Shown here in pieces: positions 12,474 through 23,692 of a stretch of DNA of 64,000 nt. The notes below the pieces were generated by a model, which worked only from the letters and a program-made list of their open reading frames with translations, was not told the DNA's origin and searched no databases. Origin of the DNA: Tubiluchus corallicola (taxonomy: Eukaryota > Animalia > Priapulida); the NCBI GenBank assembly GCA_030141605.1, contig JAQGDQ010000329.1, forward strand, positions 1 to 64,000, written 5' to 3'. Made by a program: the position numbers and the translations under genes. The stretch's first letter is position 1; the number at the start of each line of letters is the position of its first letter.

Positions 12474-14686
12474 TCACCCTCAAAATATTTTCAAATAACA
12501 GTCATCGCAGGAATTTAAATTTGTAAGTTTTACGCAAAGTTACAGCTAACGCAAGTTCTATATGCAATAGGACAGCTTGTAAGTGATACAAAATTCCTTA
12601 TATATGATTTAGTGTTTTCTTGTCCTTTAAACGGAAGATATATTCTGCCTGAGAATAATGCGGTTGTTCCAAAGCTGCGCATGCTCAAATGTAGTTCAAA
12701 CGTTGTTCAGTCAGTTCTTCAAAATAATGTAGAACAGATGTTGTTAAGACAGGGGTTACCTGGCAGTGGGGTATTAGGCGGCATGGGGGTGGTACATCTA
12801 CGTAGCCTCGTGTGTGATTAACGACCAAAGTTAAACGATTAACGACCATAGTTAAACAATGTTAAGCCTGTTCACTAAATGTATAGGCGACCGCCAGGGA
12901 AATCTCACTGGTTTTATGAGCAATATGCAATTTTCGGCCATTTTTCGTAAACATGATTAGCCAATACACCACTTACGATTAGCCATCTCATCTTAGAGTG
13001 CTAAATTTATAGTCTGATAGATTCCGGTACAGCCACAATAGGCAGCAGAATAGGAAAAAAGCTTTGCAGTGTGCTTCCCAATAGTGGCAAACAGTGTGTC
13101 AAGCTGTACATAGAAAGCGTGCCACGTTTCTTCTTTTTTTGTTTTTTTGTTTATTCGTTTGTTTATTCGTTCATTCATTCACTCATAACTAACATCTACT
13201 GTCGTACACGTGCAGTACAAAGGGCAAATCAAACTCGCGTTTTTTGCAAGCATGATAACTTTCTTCTCTGCACAAACTTTCCCCCTAAGAACAACAACAA
13301 TACCACATTTTAAACCGTTCATCTCGTTTACCACGTGACGACAGCAGCTCTGAAAAAACCACCGGCAGTTTGACTGTAATTTACAGCTCCAAACTGTTCC
13401 AGCTCGAGAGAGTCTAACTAATAAAACGCATGTGAATCATTGTTAAGTTGCAGGGTCTATTGATCTTGCTAGTCAAAGAGCCCACCGGTTGAATAAAACG
13501 ACTGCATTTTCCGCTCCTAATTAACTTAATAGGTTCAAATAAATAACCCTTTTAGAGTAAATATCACGGTTGTGTAAAAAGGGCAGGTCAGCTTTTGAGG
13601 GCAATTTCCTGCAATTATTGTGCGCCTGAGCACTTTATTAGATTCCTCACATATTACCAACAAAGCAGCATGGTGTTCCGCAAGGCCTAATGCTTGCACC
13701 TACATTTTTACTTATTTACATAAGCTAGAATCGAAACTTGTACTAATTATTGACTTATACTTAAAAATACTGTCGATTAAAGTAAACTAGTGATTCATTA
13801 GTAAAATTTTACCAAACTGTTATTGGTATTGGCAAGTTCCCTGAAGATTTTTGAGCTTTAATGCATAGAAATGAAGTTTGGTGAATTGTGCCTGCAAACA
13901 TTTGCATAGAATAACTGCAACTTAGTTTAATATGGAAACGGGGAAAAACGAAACTATTTGCAAGAAGGTAAATAAACTACAATAATAAAGAAGAGAAGAA
14001 GAAGAAGAAGAAGAATTAGAAGAAAGCACGCTTTTGTTGGACAGGCTTCACATTCAATTTACTTTCATATTTTGGCATTTGGTATCTGTCACTGAAAAAG
14101 TTACACTTATAGGTCAAATTTAACCAAGTTTTCCTTTCTTAAAAGAGCGAACCGTAACTTAAAATTTGGTACTAATTTTGCTAAATTTCGGGTCTTCATT
14201 CCTAATGAAATCGGGGCCCGAAGTTGTATTTTTCTTCAAAACAATTTGTTCAGTTTTCCTCGTGAAACTTTGGAAAATTGCAGGATAATCAAATATGCTA
14301 GCAACGGTTTCCTTGGATACCGCATCGTTTCTATAACGATGTATTTGTAAACAGTGCTGCACAGTGAAATGTGACGTAATAACTTAATGCTATTGTAACT
14401 AAGGACCAAGGCGTTCCTGGCGTCATCTAACGAGTAAAGCATGCAAAATCAGTTTCCAGACTTTCCTCTGAAATGACACCTTCCCGTCAAGATTTCCTCT
14501 TATATAAATCACCAAGAAAAAGTTAAAAATATCAGAAAATCCTAGTCAGAGTATTTTCTTTCTGTGTAAAACCGAAACTTCATCAAGAACGTTGTATTTG
14601 CCTTTAATTTCTTTTTTGTTTAAATTATAACATAATTATCTTGGAAATGTGATGAAAACTTAACTACATAACTGGGACTTGAAAGT

Positions 14687-15808
14687 TGAGCCCCGTGACT
14701 TTAATATGTACATTAGTGAAAATTGAACTCTGTGACCTGATTATGTAGATTCATGAACATTGAACTCTGTGACCTGATTATGTACATTGGTGAACATTAA
14801 ACTCTGTGACCTGATTATGTAAATTCATGAACATTGAACTCTGTGACCAGATTATGTACATTGGTGAACATTAAACTCTGTGACCTGATTATGTAGATTC
14901 ATGAACATTGAACTCTGTGACCTGATTATGTACATTCATAAACATTGAACTCTGTGACTTGATTATGTACATTGGTGAACATTGAACCCTGTGACCTGAT
15001 TGTGTACATTCATGAACATTGAACTCTGTGAACTGATTATGTACATTCATGAACATTGAACCCTGTGACCTGATTATGTAGATTCATGAACATTGAACTC
15101 TGTGACCTGATTATGTACATTCATGAACATTGAACTCTGTGACCTGATTATGTACATTGGTGAACATTGAACCCTGAGACCTGATTATGTAGATTCATGA
15201 ACACTAAACTCTGTGACCTGACTATGTACATTCATGAACATTGAACCCTGTGACCTGATTATGTAAATTCATGAACATTGAACTCTGTGACCTGATTATG
15301 TAGATTCATGAACATTGAACTCTGTGACCTGATTATGTACATTCGTAAACATTGAACTCTGTGATCTGATTATGTAAATTCATAAACATTGAACTCTGTG
15401 ACCTGATTATGTACATTCATGAACATAGAATTCTGTGACCTGATTATGCAGATTGGTGAAAATTGAACTCTGTGACCTGATTATGCAGATTCATGAACAT
15501 TGAACAATGTGAAGCTGAATATGTACATTCATGAACATTGAACCCTGTGGCCTAATTATGTACCTTCATGAGCATTAAACTCTGTGAACTGATTATGTAC
15601 ATTCATGAACCTTGAACTCTATGAACTGACTATGTACAATCATAAACATTGAACCCTGTGACCTGATTATGTTCATTCATAAACATTGAACTCTGTGAAC
15701 TGAACTGATTATGTACATTCATGAACATTGAACCCTGTGAACTGATTATGTACATTCATGAACATTGAACCCTGTGAACTGATTATGTACATTAGTGAAA
15801 GTTGAACC
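14687..15808. repeat. 37-bp minisatellite, about 30 copies
   Basis: Unit TGAACTCTGTGACCTGATTATGTACATTCATGAACAT. Confidence 0.95.
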
Positions 15809-16029
15809 AGTTTGTATTTATGTGTTGTAAATAAACTTACATAAATAAAATGAAATGTGTTCAGCTTGGCCAAAATTTAGTGAGAGATATGAAAACACCT
15901 GAGAGAAGGAAGCTAATTAGGCAGCACACCTGCTGCAATAATTAGCATCTATTTATGGTTTTGTGGAGAAAACAGACAGCAATTTATAAATGTGTCAAAC
16001 GCGATGTCAACTGCAACTGTTGCACTGCA

Positions 16030-16113
16030 CGTATTATCCCTGGAAGCAGCTGCGTGCTCACGGCATCTGTGCAGTTAAGCAAGGCTGGGCCAGGTTCGTA
16101 AATGGATCGGCGA
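16030..16113 (+). pseudogene. Degenerate 5S rRNA-derived sequence (old SINE3 head or 5S pseudogene)
   Basis: AGTTAAGCAAGGCTGGGCCAGGTTCGTAAATGGATCGGCGA resembles the 5S box A / intermediate element / box C region (AGCTAAGCAGGGTCGGGCCTGGTTAGTACTTGGATGGGAGA). Confidence 0.5.
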
Positions 16114-19100
16114 AGTGGCCTTGCTATGAAAACATGCAAAGTGCGTACTTGAGTAGGAAATAATAGAGCATTCGCAGCGCACGCTTCGCTAGGAAATTTT
16201 TTTAAATTACTGTATCTTGTCTATAAGAATAATAAATTGTTTTTGGTGAGTCAGTGGTGCACACTGGGATGGCGATTCAGGACCATTTTACCAAGTGGCG
16301 CGAATATTTTAAATTATTAAGATTTTTTTTAAATTACATAAGTCTTTCAAGCAGGTAAGCATAATTATACGTAATGTAACTTTATGTGGAAAGAAATTTA
16401 AACTTTTACCCCTTTAAAGTAACACAAATAAACAAGGAACAGGCAACCACATCATTTTAATACAGAAAAAATTATGAACAGCAGAAAGTTGTTGATTTTA
16501 TTACAAAATTAAAACTTCTAATATTGGATTAAATGCCAAAAATCGTTTTGCTTTTTGTTCTAACACCAAGAAATCATCCATTGTTCGTCTTGCTCGTTTC
16601 TGTACCACCAATCTTTTGTAATTTCGGCTGAGCTGATGCTCTTCCATCACGATGCTGATGCTGATGCTCGTCCATCATCCTGTTAAAATCATAACACCTT
16701 TGCTGTAGATTAACAATAGGTGCTCACCTCTTGAAAGTAAAGATAAATTATTAATATCACCTTGACAAGCGTCAATTCTTTGATAAATGGGAAATCACAA
16801 GCCAGCCATTGAAAACGCAGAATCATTTTTGATAATGTCATTAGCAGGTGTAAAGTAATCAATACAGCACGCCACGATCATCACCTGATGTGGCAAGATC
16901 CACTTACTATGCTGACGGTTGTAACAGGACCGGAATCTTAGTTCAATAGTTTATTTATTTCACACTGCATCATACAATAACATTATTAACAATTGTTCCT
17001 TATATTTGAATAATTAGCTTAGAAAGTTAATTAACGGCAATCGAACACAGCTATTGCTTACATCAGAAACTAACAGCAGTTAGTGCAATGGCTCTACGTC
17101 ATATGACGTCAGAAACTAACGCAGCAGTTCATGATCATGGTTATCACCGTGCCGCCTTCTATTCGTCGGCATCCTGAAATAATGTTTACACAATCGTCTG
17201 GTTTTCTTTTACGCTAATAACAATGGCATCTCTGTTAAACTATTAAATTAAGTTTAATTATAATTAAACGTATAATGTTGCAAAAAGCTTCATCTTATGA
17301 CCATGTCTAGTTTGTGCACATAGTAGTTCTAGAGGTACAGTAAAGAAACTTTAGTTAGCTGGCATGTACACAATATTACCCAAAAGGCTTCCTTAGCCTT
17401 GGGCTGCAGCGGTAGTTCAGCAATAATGGGGTTGTGGCTCTGTATGAGTAACATTGAATTCGTCTTCACGTTGTCTTCTTAGCGTGATGAAGTATGTATA
17501 AAACATGAAGTCTTGTTTAGAATATGTGATCGTATAGTATATTCAACATAAAGTACACTGATAAACATCCACAATAAGTCTAAGAGGGTAGGTGCAGAAT
17601 CCATAGCAAAATACTTGCGTCTACAAACTGACTGCTTTCCAGCTGATTATGCTGGTCCTTACTCTGAAGCTAAACTTAGTTAACTTATGTCACACATCTA
17701 AAAATAGCTATGCTCAGTAACGCCCAATAACGAGCCTCTGCTGACCTGCCACCATAGTAACGTCTTCTGCTGCCATATCACCATGGAGACGGGCACTACT
17801 TTTAAGTTACTGTTTATTGGCCTTTAGGCGCAGCAATATAAGATACATCTTAATACACATCGCATTGGCTAGAGTAATACCTTCTAGCATACTTCCGTTG
17901 GTTCAGAGACTCCAAACTTTTAAGTATTATAATTTCACGCCTGCAGAGTGATCAGATGAAGTTGTTCTTTACACGTGACGTAAGTTCCTAAAACAGGTGC
18001 TGTACCTCTCAGTTCAGATGTGTTAGTTTGTGGCAACCTACACATATTCGACAGCTCATGCGTGAGCACAGCGGTAAATTTGAAATTTTAATTTTTATCT
18101 TAAAACTTGCCTAGTTTTAGTACAACACATTGAATATCTTATAGTATCTCTGTACTTTCAATTTTCGCTTTTGCAAACACGTGAAACACGCTCGTGCACT
18201 ATTTTTGCTGTATAAAATTATGTTAGTTTGTGATGTCGTATTTGAAAATGGGGTTACAGTTCCTAAAACACGGATGCAAACAGTCAAGCAGACTAAGCAG
18301 AGATTTTACATAAATTCACCAGTTAACAATATTTAAATGCTTGCCCTGTTACTGTGCAACCGTCTGGGAAGCAACAATCCAAGACGATCACTCATATTAT
18401 TGGCTTTCTCTCCAGACAAACGCAAGTTACGGAAGTTGGCAAATGTCTGTTACACATGTTTCATCTAGCGATACTTAATGGGACATTAATTCCAATCTGC
18501 AAATTCTATTAAAAGCCATCAACTTTATACTGTATTGATCTTCAATGGCAAATGAACATAAAGAGAAAAGTCTACGTCAGCATTTTATAAACCGTTCTGA
18601 AATTGATGTTTTTCAGAAGAAGTTTACTTTGTCGCTTATTGTACCGAGTACGCGATTGTAGTATTATGTGATCCATTTAATTGTCAGTCTACTATACTAA
18701 GGTACTGAATTAGTCTATGCTGCCATCTACAGTCGTTGTTTTACTCTAATTATAGAAAGTTTGTCAGCGATTGATTTTTGTTTCTAAATATTATTTCCTT
18801 TTGCTCTGATAGATATTCACTAATCAGAGTAATTAGATTGTTGATTTCATGCTTTAATTCTTGTTATAACTCTCTTATTCAAGTTTAAATAGAGAAAAAT
18901 TATAACATTATAACACAGCTTTCTGTAAACCAATAATCTTTATTCTGCTATCAAAGAAGCCAGGTAGACTTTGATTTTGGCTTGACTAGTAGTCTGTAGA
19001 GTATAGGTGACCATTTATGGTCTGTATGCATGAATGTGATGTACCTTCCAATAGGAACTTGTTTGTCTGGTCATGTGATTGCAGGTCACTTCTCTCAGGC

Positions 19101-20189
19101 ATGCAAGTTTCAGATGCAAAATTTCTACTGTAAAATATTATATTGCTAACTTTATGACTGTTTGTTCAATTTTATAGTCTGTGAGCATTGTATACGTTTT
19201 ACAATAAAATGATTGCAAATTTCTACATACTTGTTATAAACAGCACCCTGCTTAGATCCGCCCCCGAAGTAACCCCATTTTATATAAACTTTATTTATTT
19301 TAAGTGGATTGAAGTACAGTAATGTTACTGATCGGAGTTTTTCCACTATGCAAGAAATACATTTTAATTGAGAACATATGTATATATATATACAACTGGT
19401 TACCAAGAATATAGTTACATAGATAGTTAGTTTAAAAACACAAGTAATTTATTAATTAACACTTAAAATTGAAATATACAAAGCTCAGAGAGTACAGAAG
19501 CGATGCCAGAAACAATTATCAATGTATATCATCGTATTAGTTATACAAAAGCATGATTGCTCAATAACTGGTGTTTAATTCAAAAGTCCAAAATTCAATG
19601 TAATTTAGGTTACAGTTTAATAAACAATTACACGTACAATCAATTAGCAAGACGTTTAGTAGACTGTATGTAGTTCGGCAACAATTTGAAGAGAATGCCA
19701 TGACGTGGATGGATGACCCGATTTGAGTTTTTATGAAAAGTGTCGTTGTAAATAACAGCAGGTCTAGGGTTGCCATGTAATTCTTGAGTTATACTAACGG
19801 ATAATAACAGAGTTGATCTAGTAATAATGTTCTGTGTATGTCATAGTTTAAACACTCAAAAAACAATGGAAATAAAGTAACCCCATTACAAATATGAACC
19901 CTTTCTGACTGGCGTTACTTGCATTTGCCAATAAGAATGATGATCAACGTATTACTTCGTTGTATAGACAAAGATTTGTGATGTTTAAATAATTTATTTA
20001 AGTGAAATTTGTCCTTTCTGCCGGCAGATGTCGCAAGCTGTCCTTGACTGTCTTCTACATTATTTGAAATTAATGGCAAGTAGCTTTGCTAAGGCACGGA
20101 TCACAGGACATTTGCCAGAGAAACTGCGAAAGAAAGCCCTCTGTACATAGAGCAAGTGAAATAATAAGGAGGATGAGTTAGCTTCTTTG

Positions 20190-20560
20190 CATCCAAGACA
20201 ATGTTCAAAAACTGTTCTGCTTATGTTAAGAGAAAACTTTTTGTAGCATTTTATACACAGTTTTACTGCAATAGTCTCTGGTTTAATCGTGATAAAGAAA
20301 ATATTGAAAGAAAGCGAATTACTTATAATAATGCCACTAGAGGACTCTTTAATCTTCGTAGTCGCTGTAGTGCAAGCCAAATGTATATTAGCTACAATGT
20401 ACCAATTTTTCCTTCATACGTAGTAGTAAGAATAAGAAGCTGTGTTTAGCTTCAGAAGTAGGCTGTTTTTGAGTCAGAATACTATTACTAATAACTTGCT
20501 GTAAAATACTGATACAATTTTTAGATCAAACAATTTTAAGCCGCGGCAAAGAATTTTAGA
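20190..20560 (+). mobile_element. Non-LTR retrotransposon ORF2 C-terminal fragment
   Basis: MFKNCSAYVKRKLF...FYCNSLW...YNNATRGLF...CSASQMY resembles the post-RT region of LINEs; an AATAAA-rich end follows at about 20676. Confidence 0.55.
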
Positions 20561-20731
20561 TACTCATTCTAACTAACATTTTTTGTATAGGAGCTTACTA
20601 TGTTTCTGTAAACTAACTCTATGCTTTGACTTGTGCCTTATTTTTATTCTTGTTCTATGGACTGTAAATGTCTGAAATAAAATAAATAATACTACTAATT
20701 ACCGTTGGGCAGTTTTGATAGAAAGAAGAAA

Positions 20732-21072
20732 AGCCCTGAATCCCTATCCTGCGCACGTGTTTGCGGGGCGGGGGGGGGGGGGTTAGGGGGGTCTGTAAGG
20801 AAGCCAGAGATCGTAAGGTAAGAAAGGGAATCTAGGAAAATTATGCAAAGTTGCAAACTAAATTTGCCAAGAGCAATAAAGGCGAAAACCTACCTGGTGG
20901 TGCCATCTACAGGCTGCAAGACAAACGTTTTTAGAAGCATACCATCGATTGCGCCCAGATGTTTGTAGTATCATAGACGTAATTATAATTGCTCTAACAT
21001 AGTGATTGTAGTGATGTACATAAAAATTATGGGATATTCAACCTGCTATTGGATGAATGTATTGAAGATCGA
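20732..21072 (+). repeat. Dispersed repeat of about 330 bp, second copy at about 40986-41310
   Basis: Direct high-identity match (AATCCCTATCCTGCGCACGTGT...GGATGAATGTATTGAAGATCGAG). Confidence 0.85.
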
Positions 21073-21804
21073 GCAAGTGCAAGTAATCTTCGGCCATTTT
21101 CCCTTTGCTTGAGCCAATTTGGTCTTAATAAAAAAGCCCTTATCATACAGGAAATGCATTGGTTTGCAGCACTACCTCCAGTCCCCGTAGCTGATTATTG
21201 ACTCCTGATTTTGATTTGTGAGAAGATGGCGACCCCAGAGTCATGAGAAGGTGGCGACCCCACCGTCACTATCGCTGCCATTTTTTACTTGAAGTTCTAA
21301 ATTGTCCTGTATTTCAATGGCTAACTTATAAAAGTAACTCTGATACTTCTCTTCCACGTACATTGATCATACATTGTGCTAAATCAATGTTCTGTATACT
21401 TGTCATAAATTTGCATTGGTAATCATGCATTCAAAAAGGTCTTACTACTACTAGTACTGCTGATGCCGAAAAACAGCTTCATTGGTTAATAAACCTTTTG
21501 AAACTGCAGTTGATTGTTTGTTTAACAATTTTATTTGCTTTACATGTTTTATGAATTCAGTATTTAAGTTGATTCATGCAGAGTTCAAATTTAAACGTTG
21601 CTTTGCTGTGCACTAAGAAAGCAGTACGTTTATATCGTGTATTTTTTCATTATTAATTTCATGTGTTGAGCTTATATAGAAGTGATTATACGAAAAAATT
21701 CTTTACAGAAGCTCTGATATCTTTAATTACTATAATATTAATTATCGAGCACGAGGTAGTCAATTTGCGAAATTAGTAATATATTAAGAAACTAAATATC
21801 CACT

Positions 21805-22357
21805 ATGGTCGCCTCATTTGGAAAATATCTACTGTTTATTATTGTACTGTGTCATTTCGCTCATTTCACAGTAAGCGATCTAGTGTGTAATGTAACAGTT
21901 AGCACAATTGGAACAATACCCAACTGCTCCCTTCAGAATCTGCCAAGTGGAGAATCTTCAAATTTGAGATTCAAGGTCGTAAGGGAAGATTTCTACATCG
22001 GAGTACATCCCTATCATGGTCACTTATACGTCAAGGAAAATAGGCACTTGTCCATACAAAAGAATCTCATTGAATTAAGAGTGAAGATTACGAACTTGAT
22101 TTCACTGAACGAAGAATATGCCGATGTTGATGTCAACGTTCTAGATGATAATAAACCAAAGTTTAGTTGTTCGCCATATCCGTTTCAAGCAGTTCTAAAT
22201 CCTCAAGCATCTAGTGGTGAACTGGTGTACGAGTTGTCAACGGTAGATGATGGAGATGGGGATATTGTGTACAATCTAGTGTTGGATTATAATAGTGAAG
22301 GTCTGTTTCTGGTTGACCCACATCTGGGATATATTCGTACAACACGGGCTGTTGCAG
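21805..22357 (+). CDS. DN-cadherin-like (type III classical) cadherin, coding exon 1 (signal peptide and first EC repeats)
   Basis: Hydrophobic signal peptide MVASFGKYLLFIIVLCHFAHFTVS and cadherin motifs (DVNVLDDNKPKF, FLVDPHLGYIRT). Donor CAG|GTAGGC after 22357 (phase 1) matches acceptor TTTCAG|AA at 23693 and gives the in-frame join RAVA-E-SHPLGKQFILRV. Confidence 0.85.
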
Positions 22358-22395
22358 GTAGGCACTAAACACTCAAGGTATAAGTTTTTACATGT

Positions 22396-22778
22396 AATAA
22401 GCCTTTTCACATTTTTGTTGTGCACACGTGCAGTTACTGTAGGTCAAAGGTCAAGTGTACCACAGCAACATGTATTAATTACCAAATTCATGTAACATAC
22501 GTGTAAAGCAAAACCGTCCGTCGCAGTTCAGTTCAGGAACTTCAGTTGTTTTACATGGATTTTACTTAATTAAGCACTAGTCTGTGCGTAGAGAGATTTA
22601 CTACCAGAATCTTGCGTGGGAACAAGGAAAAATAAACTAGGTAAGGTTCTGAATAGCTGTTACCATTACAACAGTTTGAGATGCCAGGCATTGTCAAGTG
22701 TACACAAATGTCTGGTACACTTCACATTTGACCTTTTCACGATCAATGTCAATGACTGGTACTGTGAAAAGGCTTATT
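22396..22778. mobile_element. MITE (PIF/Harbinger-like termini) in the cadherin intron
   Basis: Perfect 16-bp terminal inverted repeat AATAAGCCTTTTCACA/TGTGAAAAGGCTTATT plus subterminal inverted repeats; a diverged second copy lies at 1552-1935. Confidence 0.75.
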
Positions 22779-22956
22779 CGATTGTGTTTCTATCGTATAA
22801 TGTATTCTTGCAATAGCAAACTGAATATCCTATATATAATGCTTATCGGAAGTGGTTCCTATCACATTCTTAAATTTTTGTTTTATCAAATTATGTTCTA
22901 TCAGAGAATGAGGAGGAAAAGAACTGAGAATAGTGTTTAATAGTGTTTAAAGGAAT

Positions 22957-23126
22957 GGGAGAGAAAGAGAGAGATAGAGACAGAGAGAGAGAGAGAGTGT
23001 GTGAGAGAGAAAGAGAGAAAAGAGAGGGAGAAAGACAGAGAAGGAGAGAGAGAGAAAGAGAATGAAAGAAAGAGAGGGAGAGAGAGAGAGAAAGAGAGGG
23101 GGAGAGAAAGACAGAGAGAGAGAGAC

Positions 23127-23161
<35 letters not shown>

Positions 23162-23193
23162 GAGACAGAGAGAGAGAGAGAGAAAGAAAGAGT

Positions 23194-23224
<31 letters not shown>

Positions 23225-23242
23225 GCAGAGGGAGAGAAAGAG
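22957..23242. repeat. (GA)n microsatellite in the cadherin intron
   Basis: Seen directly. Confidence 0.95.
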
Positions 23243-23249
23243 TTAACAA

Positions 23250-23602
23250 GATACGATAGGAAATGAATTTTTTTAACATGGGTAGCAACAATAATATATA
23301 TTAAAAAATGATCACAAATTAAATGTAGATTAAATCACATTGTGAGTGGGACAACAGCTTTCTAAATTGTAAAATCATACGTAAAATTTTTAAAGATTTT
23401 AACTAATTTTCTAATTTCCTGATGTTTCAGGAATTCCTTCAATGAGTTTTATTTGTTCTTTTTATTTTTTCTTATAAGCATGAAATAATCAAAAAGTTCA
23501 ATGTTCCACTCACGTTGTGATCTAATTTGTATTTAATGTGAGATCATTTTTGAATATATATTATGGCTGCTATACATTCTGCAATAAATTCTTACCTACG
23601 AC
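23250..23602. mobile_element. Fold-back/MITE-like element with about 100-bp imperfect inverted arms in the cadherin intron
   Basis: About 23250-23352 (GTAGCAACAATAATATATATTAAAAAATGATC...TCACATTGTGAGTGGGACA) is the imperfect reverse complement of about 23502-23602. Confidence 0.55.
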
Positions 23603-23692
23603 CAATCCAACATACATACATATTTCACAGCAGAATTTATTGGCTTTTCTTTTGTCAAAAGTAAATTTAGACTGAATTAAATTAAATTTCAG

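Noticed and set aside
14159-14610. TTAA-flanked Kolobok/piggyBac-like element
   Set aside because: TTAA sites are present but the candidate termini do not form convincing inverted repeats.
14687-15808. CRISPR-like appearance of regularly spaced repeats (also 32825-33830 and 51533-52592)
   Set aside because: Units are contiguous with no unique spacers, there are no cas genes, and the context is eukaryotic.
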